Shown here: piece by piece, positions 12,900 to 24,960 of the stretch
Position numbering within the stretch: the stretch's first letter is position 1
Layout of the letters: every line of letters starts with the position of its first letter
Assembly: GCA_964270895.1 (NCBI GenBank)
Contig: OZ185444.1
Source: Podarcis filfolensis
Lineage: Eukaryota
Length of the DNA stretch: 64,000 nt
Strand: one strand, 5' to 3'
Position numbers and translations under genes: made by a program
The notes under the pieces: generated by a model
The model's input: the letters and a program-made list of their open reading frames with translations, nothing else
Told to the model about the DNA's origin: nothing
Databases searched by the model: none

Positions 12900-14640
12900 C
12901 TCTCGTCGGTCCCTCTGGTACTGTAAATCACACCGCCGCCTCCTCTCCCTACGCCCGTGCGCCCCTGCAGCTTACTTGCCTCTCTGTAAATCGCTACAAC
13001 CTACTGACATTCAAGCGGCTCCGCTGGCATTCTGCTGGGTGGCTGAGCAGAAGCCTCCAATCTGTCACTCTGATTTTAATAAATATCACCCATATCAAAG
13101 CCCGCATTTCCAGGCGGGGTGGGAAAGGTAGCTCTGGCATTCAGAAAGGCTCCTGCCCGGCTCTGGCCACCTTTCCTCCTCTGCTCCTGCCTTGCGCTTT
13201 GGTGTCTCCCTCTCCACCCCTTTCCTGCCGCCAAGCTTCCAGCGGCGCAGTTCCAGCTCGGCGCTGCCAGACTGCCTACCTCCCCGCTTCACTTGTTTGT
13301 CATAGGGAGCTGCCTGTCGGAGCCCGAGCAGCTTGCCGGAGGGGGTTCGCTTGCGCCCAGCGCGCACGCTCGCCTCTCGGGCATGCTCCTTAACAAGCGA
13401 GCCAGCCCAGCCTGCTGGGGACCGAGGCGCCGCGAAAGTTGCTCCATGGCGCTAGGAGTCTTGCATTAAGACGCTGCTGTGGGAGAGCGCGCCCAAGGCG
13501 CTGCTTTCGCCGCCATCCAACGAACGCGCGCAGCCGGCCAGCCTTCCTGCCTCTCCGCGCTGCGAAGGGGGGCGGGGGGGGGGGAGAGAAGCAGCAGCCC
13601 CGAGGGAGGCTGGGTCCCTGGAGTCCGTGCAGAATTGGCTCCGCCGCCTTGGCAGACGAGGAGGCACTTCGGAGCCCGAGCTGCCTTCGCCAGCTTGCAG
13701 CGCCGAGAAGGGAAGATTGCAGCCCCAGCGACACCCACCAGCACCCGCCAGAAGAGGAGAAGGGGAAAGCTCCGGGGGAAGCCGAGGCGGCCGTCCCCGC
13801 CCTGTGCCAGCGCACCTCGAGCAAAGCCTCACCAAAACCCCCCGCTGTCTGCAGCCAGCGAGCTTTCGCGAGCGGGGCTGGGGCTCCCTGCAGAAGCTAC
13901 CTTCCTCCCGCCACCAGGACCGAGGAGCAGCCGCGTCTCTCCGCCCGATCCCTCCCGCAGCAGCGGCGGCGGCGTCGCAGCCTGGGCACCGATTTCCGTG
14001 GAGAGGGGAGGGCAACGCTGCGATGGAGGTGTCAACCTGTGGGCTGCTGCTGCTGCGACCCCTCTCCTAAAACGCTTGCCCGTTTGCCCCAAGACGCTCT
14101 GCGGGTGCCGCGGCGGGGGGTGCTCGGGTGCGCGCGTGTGTGCGCGGTGGAGAAGGCGAGGCGAAGGCGCACGGGGCGCGCGAGGGAAGAAGAGCGAGCC
14201 AGCCTTTCCCCGGCCAGGTTGGGAGGCGACGGGAAGGTGGCGGCGAGCAGAGGGGAGGCGGGAAGTCCCCGCGCCCTTCCCGGCTTCGCGCAGCAGCAAG
14301 CGCGCAAGAGATGCCCCAGCCGCCGCCAGCTGGCACCTGCGCTGCCCTGCGATGAAAGGATTAATTGAGTTGCTTTGAACCGCGGAGGGGAAGCGGCCGC
14401 CTCTGGGGACCGAGCAAGGGAAGCCGTCGGAGGGAAGTTGGACAGCGAGGCAGCCTCCTTTGCACCCTCCCTCCTTCGCAGCCCAGCCTTCCCCTCTTCT
14501 TCTTTTTTTACAGGGTCGTGCCAAGCGAACCCAGCGAGCGGCATCTGCAGGAGCTTCGTGCCCACAGGGCAGCATCAGCGCTGAGAGGACCGGCTTGTCT
14601 CCCGCATTGCTCTCCCTGCTGAACCGAAGCCGTCGCTGCT

Positions 14641-14673
<33 letters not shown>

Positions 14674-14720
14674 AAAAACAAGCTCATCAGAGCAGGGGGA
14701 GCGATTGCGCAATTCTGCCC
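12900..14720 (+). promoter_or_regulatory. TAFA5: CpG island / probable promoter of this TAFA5 isoform
   Basis: Abrupt switch to very GC- and CpG-rich sequence in an AT-rich background, directly upstream of the first coding exon. Boundaries are estimated by eye and the TSS is unknown. Confidence 0.85.
14641..14670 (+). repeat. (CAG)10 trinucleotide repeat
   Basis: Ten perfect CAG units, 418 nt upstream of the TAFA5 ATG. Confidence 0.95.
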
Positions 14721-15087
14721 AGATTGTCTTCCCTCCCCTTCCTCTCAACTCCCCCCCCCCACTCCACCCCAACCCCCAATGCTGCTCAACTCCCGAGGAA
14801 ACAGAAAGCTGATTCATGGAGCCCAGACCCAGCTTCCTCTGTGCTGCTCTCCTTTTGAAGACCAGGATGCTTGCTCCTGCTGCTTGAGACTTTGTGTTAA
14901 CCCCCTTGCTCTCCCCTCCCCCAAGCCGAGGGGAGCGAGGGGGAGGAAAAAGGCTCCCTGCGATCTCTAGCCTTTTCTCTGTTTTGGAAGTGTGGTTACT
15001 GGCTGGCTCAAACCTGGGAAACATTGATGCATCGCTCTGGAAATTCATTGTGTGACTTTCTGGGTATTTGCTGAGTTCCAACCCGAG

Positions 15088-15178
15088 ATGCAGCTCTTGA
15101 AAGCTTTATGGGCAATAGCAGGAGCAGCTATCTGCTGTTTTCTTATATTTGTCATCCACTCCCAGTTCCTTAAAGAAG
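15088..15178 (+). CDS. TAFA5: TAFA5 (FAM19A5) first coding exon, isoform with the MQLLKALW.. N-terminus; partial CDS, phase-1 intron follows
   Basis: Encodes MQLLKALWAIAGAAICCFLIFVIHSQFLKE+G, matching the mammalian TAFA5 short-isoform N-terminus as I recall it (MQLLKALWALAGAALCCFLVLVIHAQFLKEG). Hydrophobic leader, GAG-ATG context, donor AAG|GTAATT at 15178/15179, adjacent CpG island. Confidence 0.92.
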
Positions 15179-15581
15179 GTAATTATATCTGCATGCCTGC
15201 ATACACTGGTGTTTCCCCCCCCTTCCTGATTCCGAATGCTGAGATATTCCTTATTTCTTTCCATTTATTTGCAGTGTGTCCTAGTTCCACAGATCTTTCT
15301 TATCTAGTACATTGGTACGTTCTTACCAAAACAGGGTTTTTTTCTTTTTTAACTTTATTTTATATGCAAGGAAGACACAGGGTTTATATTCCTGCTGAGT
15401 GCGTTCTATGTGGGCAGTGTTGAAATCTCTAGCCTTAGTTCATACATTTATAAGCTGAAAACTGTTGTTTTCTTCTTGATGAATGACCTGCTCTGCTGCT
15501 ATTTAGAACTTGAAATAACACTATGCCACTGGTAAGTGTATTAATACACTATAAATCCCAATAAGTAAAAATATGTATCAT

Positions 15582-15585
<4 letters not shown>

Positions 15586-15615
<30 letters not shown>
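15586..15615. repeat. (AT)n microsatellite
   Basis: Read directly from the sequence. Confidence 0.95.
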
Positions 15616-15619
<4 letters not shown>

Positions 15620-18188
15620 TCACCAGTCATCCTCTTCTTTTTCTTCTTTTTTTTAAAAAAGCAAATTCAATACATTTTCAATAGATGGCACTAAAGTTCT
15701 ATGATCAGGGCAAGGAAGAGTAGAGATTGGGCAGTAGGCTCATTCCTCCATCCTCCTTTCCTAAGAGTGGAAGAGGCCTTTCTGCCTGATTTTTAGGGGG
15801 TTTTTTCATTAAGTGTTCAAATAAATTTTGTCTCAGAACAAGCAAACAAATAAGCAATACAGCCAAAGCAAAGCAAATGTCATGATTAAATTTCAAGTGG
15901 GAAAAAAAGAAGAAGAATCTGATGCATTTCGTAGTTGAACATAAGATTGTTATTGTTGTTATTTTTTTCTTAAGCCTTTCAGGGTTTTTTTGCCACCTTA
16001 CTGAGAATATTAGCGGTTAGTCCTTCGAGAAGCTTGATTTAATTAATTGAATCCTTTACAAGCTACTGCCCATGGTGAAAGTTTAGCTTGTTGTTGATTG
16101 AATATGTGTGTGTTCAGGTGTGAGAAAAGGTGTAGCTGTTTATTTAAAAAAAGAAATGCAGCAAAGGTTTGTAGTAGGTTTTTTGCTACCAGTAGATTAA
16201 ATGCAGATGGCAAGTTAGTTGCACTAAGGTCCCGTTGAAATCAATGGAAAAAATGAGTCGTGGTTTAAGTCAGGTCGCATTGATTTCAGTGGGAATGAAG
16301 TGCAGCTAACTTCATCTGGACCTCACCTAATGCTAGCAACAACAGCAAAAAAGAATAAGTGTTCAGATGTCTCAGGATCCATATTTATTAAAAGAAATCA
16401 CTTAGTATTATATTGGCTCTTGGAAATATGGAAGAACTTTCAGTGCATCCTTGGCAAAGTGCTCTCCCCAATTGGCCACTGTAGTCTTTATATATGTCAG
16501 TTGCTCATGAACTTTAAATATGTAAGTCATCTAGCAAAAATATGGTTATGTATCTATAAGTATTTAGCATTTTTTTTAAAAAAAAATCCCCTTTGTACAC
16601 CAGATACATGGAATGCCTTGCTTGTGTTTCCTAGGAGCTCAGTGATTTTAAGATTGTTGTTAATGATAATACTGCTAACAACAACACAGTGTGGAAACAT
16701 TCTTGGTGCCTTTCCAGTTCTAAGTATTGTATATAAGTAGATATATTAACATCAGGAAAAAATATGGTTATCCCCTTAATAAGAATTTTCAAATTTATAG
16801 ACTTCCCTAATGCATCCAGGAAGTAGTCCTCTTAGAACACTATAGGGATTAGCAATCTGGTTTTACAAGAAGAATTAAATCTCAGCTGTTTACCTTTTTT
16901 TTTTTTTAGAACAAGAGAATAATGCCTATCCATTTATTATTTTATGTCTAGAGTATGGTTACTCTGGAAGTTGGTTGAGAGAATTTGTCCTAAGCTTCCT
17001 GTGTAGCTAGGCAACTTGAAGCTTAGTCTATTTTAGCATTTTGACTGATATTTTTTTAAGGCCATCATTCGCAGTGATTGTTGTACTTTAGCTTCTACAG
17101 AAACATCACACAATTAAATAGGTTTGGAAGGAATCCCATATTGTTTATTCCTCCATGTGCTTCAAAACACATTTTTCTCGCCTGCATGGCTGGATCTGTT
17201 TTTATATTTGAGTGTAGTGATTTTCATATACTGTTCTTAAGATTTTGTTGGGAGGTAAAATATATCTATGATGCACTCATTTTTAAACAGTGGGGAACTG
17301 AATTTTTCTTTTTCTTTAGTTCAGTATTAGATGATGGGGTTGCATGTGTTCCCACTTGTAAATCCCTGAATAAGTCCACTTGCTTGTATATTAGACTTAC
17401 ATCATCAGCATAAATGTGGCAAGCAGCCATTTCTTATTGTCATATGTTTGGACCTCATAATTTGTTAGCTTGAGGATGTTAGTTAGTTGGTTGGTGGATA
17501 AACTCAGTTGTTTCAGTGCACGGTTGAAGTTAGTACACCTTGCCTTCATTTTTGGTGGCCCCATTGTATAGCCTTATTTCATGATAAAAACCAGAAATCT
17601 CCATTTAATAATCGTTTTTTCAGGAAGATCTATTAGATGGACCCATAATATCAAGCAAGTACCTTACACTTTGTTTATCTTGATCAGACTTAATTGCCAG
17701 GACTAAGATATAGTAATGATCTGTTCAAATATCACCTGCTTCAACGTGCTTTAGCTAAGAACTGCTGGAAAATATTGTGCCCAATTGGGTGTAATCTTTG
17801 GCTAAGTTTTAAGGCACTTACTCTGAAATGGTCTTAGTCATGCTAAGAGGTAGCAAGGCCTTTGCTTAAATCCAGATTATCATGCATGTTGGTTTGCTAA
17901 CAAATGCTAGATCTATTTATTAACTAAATGTAGCAACTGTTCAGTTTGTTGTAGCAGTTAACCCCTCCCAGAGCTATCATTTCCACCACCAGAATTCCTG
18001 GTGTGTGGGTGTGCTTTAAATATATCGTGTGTACACTGCCTATATTAACTGCAGCATAAACATAATATTTGTGCAGTCTCAGATTTTTGTGATCCTAGAG
18101 AATAAAGCAGGTAAGACTGACTTTAATATTGAAAAAAAATCTAGCAAGGTCAGTTTCCTGTGTTGGCTCTCAAAGCTGTCCAGTTAAG

Positions 18189-18293
18189 TACAGAATAACT
18201 ATTTTGTTGCTGTGGCAATGGGCTACTCTTGAAAAACATACAGAATAACTATTTTGTTGTGGCAATGGGCTACTCTTGGAAAATGTACAGAAT
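18189..18293. repeat. ~50-bp tandem duplication (two units plus a partial)
   Basis: TACAGAATAACTATTTTGTTG(CT)GTGGCAATGGGCTACTCTTG at 18189 and 18239; a third TACAGAAT at 18286. Confidence 0.9.
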
Positions 18294-19879
18294 CAATTCA
18301 CATACTGCATTACTGTACGACTCATAAGTGGTAAGAAAACAGGCAACACTTGTTCTGAGATGAGTGAGAAAGAGCTGTTTAAATGGCTGTTTCCATTAAT
18401 ACTTTTTTTTCCACCCAAGAAGTGAAGAATGGCTGACACAAGAGTGCCATTTTTCCACACTTTGGCTTTTGTGTGGAAATACAGGTCGTCCTGTGGCTAA
18501 TCCATTCCCCTACGTCCAATCTGTCTTTCATTGTTTCAAAAAGATGAATAGAGCTGTGAACCAAGAAAAGGCTATTGTGATATATAATTGCTGTCCCATG
18601 CCTGTCTGATCTTCATACAAAGCAATTTAACATATTCTGGTAGGTTTCTGTCAGTTTGAAGAGCTGTTAAAAATTAAAACACTTAGCAATTGCTATAGAA
18701 GATTAGAAGTAGACATGGGATATTGATTAGCTCTTGCTCATTCAAAATGTTCTATCACCTTTTTAATATTATCTTCAATGGAAAGCAGAGCTGTATAAAT
18801 ATTATAGGGTGCTGCAACCCTTTCCCAGCAAAACAGAACATCAAATAGTTCCCCCATTGCAATCACTGAATAGTGTGTCGATGATGAAAGGGCATCTTGA
18901 ATAGGTGGCTGTGTAAAGACTTTAAAGCAGCTTAATTAGATGGAAAACTTCACCGCTGTATACAAGGAGCAATATATAACCACTCTTTTCTTTATCTCAA
19001 AGAATGTTGTACAGCTTTGGCATGTCTGTTTCATAATATGGATGTAGACGTTGTAGTACATCCTTATGAATCCTTGTTATGTAAATATGAAGCAAACTTT
19101 TTAATATATAATAATTAGGATTTTGAATGCAGTGTTGGGTCAGAATAGAATGATGTGTCTCTGTAAAAGTTAAACTGTGAAAAGAAAACACTTGCTTAGT
19201 TGATTGGAGCATACCCAAAACCAAATGAAGTTAAGAACTACCGCCAACTCTTATTGGCGTGCGGGTTTTAGAATGAAAGGAGTAAGGCGATGGATATTTT
19301 TCTTTATTGTTTTTGTTGTTTCGTATAGGTAGTGGTATAATGCAGCCCAGTTTCTGGGCAATGAATCTCCCACCACCAATTTCAATCTTATTTAATAGTT
19401 ATTTTTTATTCATCATAGATTTTGATCCATTAAGGTCCAAGAACCCAAAATTTACCTGTCTAAGTGTCTTAATCTTGAAACTATACTACAGATGGGTTAC
19501 ACCAAAGCTATTCCTGCAAAATTTCTCAAAGCATAGCATAGCTCAACATTGCAGTGATGTTTCAATGCAGTTATAAGCACCAGCGTTGGTTCAAAAAAGG
19601 ACACAAGGCTATGGATGAATTGTCATTGTCGACACAGGCTTGTTAGCGGCTTATGTTAGAACTTGTGTTAGAACTTGTTGAGAGGATTGGTTTTTATTTT
19701 GTGACTGAGTGCCATTTGACAAATATTTCAAAGTATATGAAAACCAGGCCTGAAACTTTCCCACTGTATCAGACGGTAGTTTGCTTCATCAAACCACTGT
19801 CTTTATGGAGACTCTCACAGGACCACAAAGATTAGAACTGCACATAGTCACAGGTAAAACAAGTGTTGTTTCCCTTGAG

Positions 19880-19980
19880 AATTTGTCCTGCTCTGGGCTT
19901 CCCATAGGCAAATGATTGGCCACTGTGAGAACAGATTGCGAGACCTGATGGATTTTTGATCTGTTACATTCTTGTGAGGA
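19880..19980 (+). mobile_element. Degenerate CR1-like LINE 3' fragment
   Basis: GGGCTTCCCATAGGCA..TTGGCCACTGTGAGAACAG resembles the squamate CR1 3' UTR; related to 38780-38935. Confidence 0.5.
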
Positions 19981-20514
19981 GGTTATCATAACTGTCCAAT
20001 ATGACAACATAGCAAAAGGTTTTATGCTAATATTACAGTATTTACATGACCTACTTCAGTTCCGACTCTACGCCGTGGTACTGTATTGCTGGAGCATGTG
20101 GAACTGGCAATAAGGACTCCCGAATCTAAGAGACAATACAGATAAGGAACATGGGTGTGGTCTTGGCACTGCACTGTTATAACCTTCACTTGTTTGCTGT
20201 TGCAGTGTTATGTGTGCAAGGTCACAAACGGCAAGGGATGGAGATGAGGGCTGCTGTTCCCTTGGGATGTTGAGCAGCCTTTTACTTGACAAGTCAAGCT
20301 CACAAAGACTGCTTTTGCTGCAGTACATCAAATCCTTAAAGCTGGTTTAAAGGATTCAACAACTCAGTTTTGGGCTAATTCCAGAGTTGGTCTTTTTCAG
20401 TTGCAACCTTAAAGTACATGATGATATATGTGTGTGTATATATTTCTCCCCACAAATTTAGCTAATGCTCATTTGAGACAGGGGTCATCCTTGTTGTTGT
20501 TGCTGTTGTTAATA

Positions 20515-20730
20515 TGATTATTATTATTAGTCTTACAATTTCCTCTATGGAGCTGAAGTTGGTATGCACTGTTTCATCACCTGTTTTATCTTCACAATAG
20601 CTTTGTAGGGTAAGTTCAGATTGACAGATAGTAACTGGCTCAAGGTCGCCCCGTGAGTTCCGTGGCTGAATGCAGATTTGAACCTTTTGCTTCCTCAGTT
20701 CTAGTCTGACACTTGAACCACTGTTCCTCG
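20515..20730 (-). mobile_element. Old SINE related to the L2-tailed / CORE-like SINEs
   Basis: AACTGGCTCAAGGTCGCCCCGTGAG..GATTTGAACC resembles the GACTAGCCCAAGGTCACCCAG..GAACC core at 48300-48360. Confidence 0.5.
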
Positions 20731-21273
20731 GACTGAGGCTTGTAAATGACGGATACACATTTAGGAACATGATATATGTGCCAGCTATTAACCAACTGTG
20801 AGTTATATGAGGCTTCAAAATCTGCTGGAGCAGATCCTTCCTGCTTCAAGTTTCGGGATGCTCGTATGAGGCTGCCCCTGTGGTTTTTAGAAGATAGATT
20901 GCATCGTGGAACTTCCTTAATGGAATAAAGAACAACATATCTTTATAGACTGATAGATATGTGTTATCTTTGGAGTGTAATGCATGTATTTCTGAGCAGA
21001 CTAACAAGTATCTTTCTTTATCCATAAGTTTCATAAGTCCAGAACATTTTGCTTTCTGGAAAGGGGTGGTTTTTGCTTCTGTTACTATTTCCAGTTTTTT
21101 AAAAAACCCATTTGTATTTTGGCCCTTACTGAATACCAATAGTATACCAGGTGCTGGATTGTGGCAAATGTTTGTAGCTACCATGACCTGTCTTGTGCCC
21201 TGAAAGACACTGCATTTGAGCTCCCGGTCCCCATATTTCACTGACTACTCATTGGCTTCCATCTTTTAATCAG

Positions 21274-21755
21274 CATAGAAATCGTAATAGAATTGTTGTG
21301 TTGGAAGGGACCTTGAGGATCATCCAGTCCAACCCCCTTCAATGCAGAAATATGCAGTTGTCCTGTACAGGGATTGAACCTGCGCCTTGGTGTTATCAGT
21401 AAAAAGGTAAAGGTACCCCTGACTGTTAGGTCCAGTCGTGGCCGACTCTAGGGTTGCGGCGCCGTACAGCTTCCAGGTCATGTGGCCAGCATGACTAAGC
21501 TGCTTCTGGCGAACCAGAGTAGTGCACGGAAATGCTGTTTACCTTCCCGCCGGAGTGGTGCCTATTTATCTACTTGCACTTTGACATGATTTTGAACTGC
21601 TAGGTGGGCAGGAGCAGGGACCGAGCCACGGGAGCTCACTCCGTCGCAGGAATTCGAACCGCCAACCTTCTGATCGGCAAGCCCTAGACTCTGTGGTTTA
21701 GACCACAGCGCCACACACATCCCTTTGTATTATCAGTACCATGCTCTAACCAACT
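21274..21755 (-). mobile_element. tRNA-Ile-like SINE with CR1-type tail, interrupted by a Sauria SINE
   Basis: Rejoined minus-strand head AGTTGGTTAGAGCATGGTACTGATAACACCAAGG.CGCAGGTTCAATCCCTGTAC resembles tRNA-Ile. Tail GTTGGACTGGATGATCCTCAAGGTCCCTTCCAAC..TTCTATG is CR1-like. Confidence 0.7.
21402..21723 (-). mobile_element. Sauria SINE nested in the tRNA-Ile-like SINE
   Basis: Near-full body; TSD T(G/A)TTATCAGTA at 21391-21401 and 21728-21738. Confidence 0.9.
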
Positions 21756-22904
21756 TTCTACCAGACTGTCGAGATCTTGAATATACTTAAAAATAAATAA
21801 ATAGAAAGTGTCTAACTACAAAGCAATAGTCCTGTGCTGTTTGTAATCCAGTGAGAGGATTTTCACAAAAAAGTGTGCTATTCTTTGTTATCATTTTTGG
21901 TAAAATATTTTGGAAAACTTTTTAAACTAAACAGTCTGCTTTTGCTAAATTTTCCCGGAAAGCATCACTGTTCTTTCAGGTGCAGTGGTGAAAACAACTC
22001 TTACTCAGGCTGGACTGAAGCATGAGAAATTTGAATGAAAATTTCAGTATGTCTCGATTATAACTTGGGAATGGGAAGAAGTATACTGCATAAAAACAAG
22101 AAGTACACTGCATAAAAACTCTTTCATTAAGAGAATGTTGTCTACTGTGTAGTTTATTAATTGTCATGCAGCAATTGTTGTTATGGTAACAACTAGTATG
22201 GATCCGTGCTAGAGGAATAGGAAAACACAGAAGCTGAAGCTGGAGAAAATTGTGCAGGAGAAAGCATGCAGTCTGATGTCTGAGATGAAGCCACATCAAA
22301 AGGCCATTTTTTAAATTCAGTCATAAGCCCTGATGTGCTGCCATCATCACTCCTTTCACCCAATTTAGCTATTAAGTTCAGACCACAGTCTTATTTGGAA
22401 GCAGAGAACTATTATGCACTGTGTCTGGACAGCTTTATTCTTGCACAACCTACTTTCTTGAACTTGGTTTCCCATAATTGCCCAATGGGTGTTAAATTTA
22501 CTAAGCAAAAGTGCATGTTCAGGGTCGCCAAATAGTTAAGGCATAACTTACCCATTTCAACAATCAGGAGTTTTATATCTCCATTCTTATCTGGAGAGAA
22601 ACATATTGCAGTAACTTTAGAGGTTCAAGGCATTAATACCAGGGACATCAGAAGTCTCTTTTGAACCACTTGGAAGTGGCAAGGTTCCCCCCTCACTTTA
22701 TTTAAGACATTTAAATATCATGAAATCATTAGTGTTTCTAAGTGGCATACTTAAAAGTAAACCATACAGAGAATAAAACGAAAAAAATCCATCATAAAAA
22801 TGAACACAACCTGGCATTTAATTTAACATGTATGTTCCCTAAACTTTTACTGTTATTTATGGTTATCAATCATGTGAAATCTTAACTGTTGACTGTTACA
22901 AAAC

Positions 22905-23075
22905 AGTGTGTTTTTACATGAATAGAATGTGCACTTTTATTTAAAATGCATCTCTGGGTTATTTGTGGGGCATAGGAATTCGTTAATTTATTTATTTTCA
23001 AAATATAGTCCGGCCCCCCACAAGGTCTGAGGGACAGTGGACCGGCCCCCTGCTGAAAAAGTTTGCTGATCCCTG
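22905..23075 (+). mobile_element. hAT-type non-autonomous element, 3' part
   Basis: Ends GCTGAAAAAGTTTGCTGATCCCTG; homologous to 56521-56809 and 60759-61072. Confidence 0.8.
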
Positions 23076-23915
23076 ACTTAAAATATGAACAAGAGTGTTT
23101 GACAACGCATGCCCAGTGTGAAGCATATTGTGCTATTTCTGTTACTCTTTGGAGAAGTCAAGTCAATTGTTGATACAGTATTTTGGATTTTGTTGCTTGG
23201 TCTGCATAGCATAGGGAAATGTGCATTGCATGCAGTTAATGACAGATGAATAAGTTTTTAGATTATGCACTGATACAAGTAACCATATTTTTCTCACCTA
23301 GGCTTTCTGTGGTACTGAACACAAGGACAGCACATTTATTTATTGCTGTAACAATCACAGTTATAAAACTAGACAAAAATAAAATCTAACTTGTATCTGC
23401 ATCATTATGCTAAACGTTTAACTAAAAATATCTGGTATTTAGCATTCCAAGTAGTAATTCCTTAATAATTCTTAGCTGATCAGTGAAACAACCAGTTAAA
23501 AATAACTTCAGATTACTGACCATGTCAATCTCAAAGCTGTCTCTTAATGCTTGTTAACATACCAATTTAGTTAGAATGGTTGCTTAAAATGCTTTTTGAA
23601 TGTTTTTAAAATTACCTACTTAACAAATTCAATGTTTTAAGGTAATTTGTTTCAATTACAAAAGACTGTAGAACATAAGCAAGAAGCTACATGCATGATT
23701 GCATCAGTTGGCAGAGCCAGAAGTTGAAAAGACAAGAGTGGATTAAAAACTGTTCTTCCATTGTTGAGATGTCTGCAAAAAGAAATTTCTTGTTTGTTAA
23801 TGTTTAATCACAGAGACTATCTAAGAGACAGAAGCAGAGAGGTTTGGATTTGAATAATAAGTAAAAATTGGCAGGAAAGAGGGTTGCATATGATGAAGGT
23901 TGCATACTATGAATA

Positions 23916-24302
23916 AAGGTAAAGGTAAAGGCCCCCTGACTGTTAAGTCCAGTTGCAGAAAACTCTGGGGTTGCAGCACTATCTCACTTTACAGGCCGAG
24001 GGAGCCGGCGTTTGTCCGCAGACAGTTTTTCCAGGTCATGTGGCCAGCATGACTAAGCCGCTTCTGGCACAACAGAACACCAAAACCAGAGCAGTGCACG
24101 GAAACGGCATTTACCTTCCCGCTGGAGCGGTACCTATTTATCTACTTGCACTTTTTGGCGTGCTTTCAAACTGCTGGGTGGGCAGGAGCTGGGACGGAGC
24201 AATGAGAGCTCACCCCGTCACGGGGATTCGAACCGCCGACCTTCTTATTGGCAAGCCGAAGAGGCTCAGTGGTTTAGGCCACAGCGCCACCCGCGTCCCA
24301 CC
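23916..24302 (-). mobile_element. Sauria SINE, second subfamily
   Basis: 13-bp TSD CATACTATGAATA (23903-23915, 24303-24315). Diagnostic GTTTGTCCGCAGACAG segment shared with the 27847 copy. Confidence 0.9.
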
Positions 24303-24624
24303 CATACTATGAATAGGTTGCAACTATTTCTAAGGTGCTACCTAAGAATCATTTAGGGACAGGGTATGGCTAAGCAGACTTCATCCTGAATATATACGTT
24401 CTGTTGGTTGGATATGTAGCAAATCTGGGAGGATGTGTCCAACAGGTTTGGGTGGAGTTAAACTTCCTTGTAGGAACAGGATTGTAGTTTTGAAGTACAG
24501 TACTTCTGGATCTGGTCTTGGTTGTTTTTTTAAAGACAACCAGATGGCAGTTGTGGCAGTGATTCTGACTGGTGCACCAACTGTGGTCTTTGCTGTAAAG
24601 GGTAGACCTTGCCACAAGCTATTT

Positions 24625-24960
24625 CCACTTTCATCAAGAGGTCCGGAGGGTGGCAACACGAGAACGGGGCCTTCTCTGCAGTGGCTCCCCATCTGTGGAA
24701 TGCTCTCCCCATAAGTGAAGTTCACCTGGCGCCTTCATTATACAACTTTAGGCACCAGGCAAAAACATTCCTTTTTACCCAGGCCTTTGGTGGATCTTAT
24801 TGACATCCAACACCCTTTTAGAAAGTGGTTCTTTTTTTGGGTTCTTTATTGGGCTATTGCTTTGGGTTTGATTTTATATGTTGTGGTCTTGTTGTGAACT
24901 GCCCTGAGACCACTGGGTATAGGGCGGTGTATAAGTTGAATAAATAATAAATAATAATAA
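24625..24960 (+). mobile_element. L2 LINE 3' fragment
   Basis: Encodes AFSAVAPHLWNALP..LAPSLYNFRHQAKTFLFTQAFG; A/T-rich tail. Confidence 0.8.

Noticed and set aside
12734-14858. Many long overlapping ORFs (up to 309 aa) on both strands
   Set aside because: Expected in very GC-rich CpG-island DNA, where stop codons are rare. The peptides are low-complexity R/A/P/G with no domains or splice structure.
15179-15423. Continuation of ORF 15052-15423 past ..FLKEG
   Set aside because: TAFA5 similarity ends exactly at the GT donor; the remainder is intron read-through.
10080-16300. Short semi-palindromes like AAGTCCCATT..TTTCAATG (10.1, 12.5, 16.2 kb; also 59.2, 61.1 kb)
   Set aside because: Probably ancient squamate interspersed repeats; too degenerate to bound, so not annotated.
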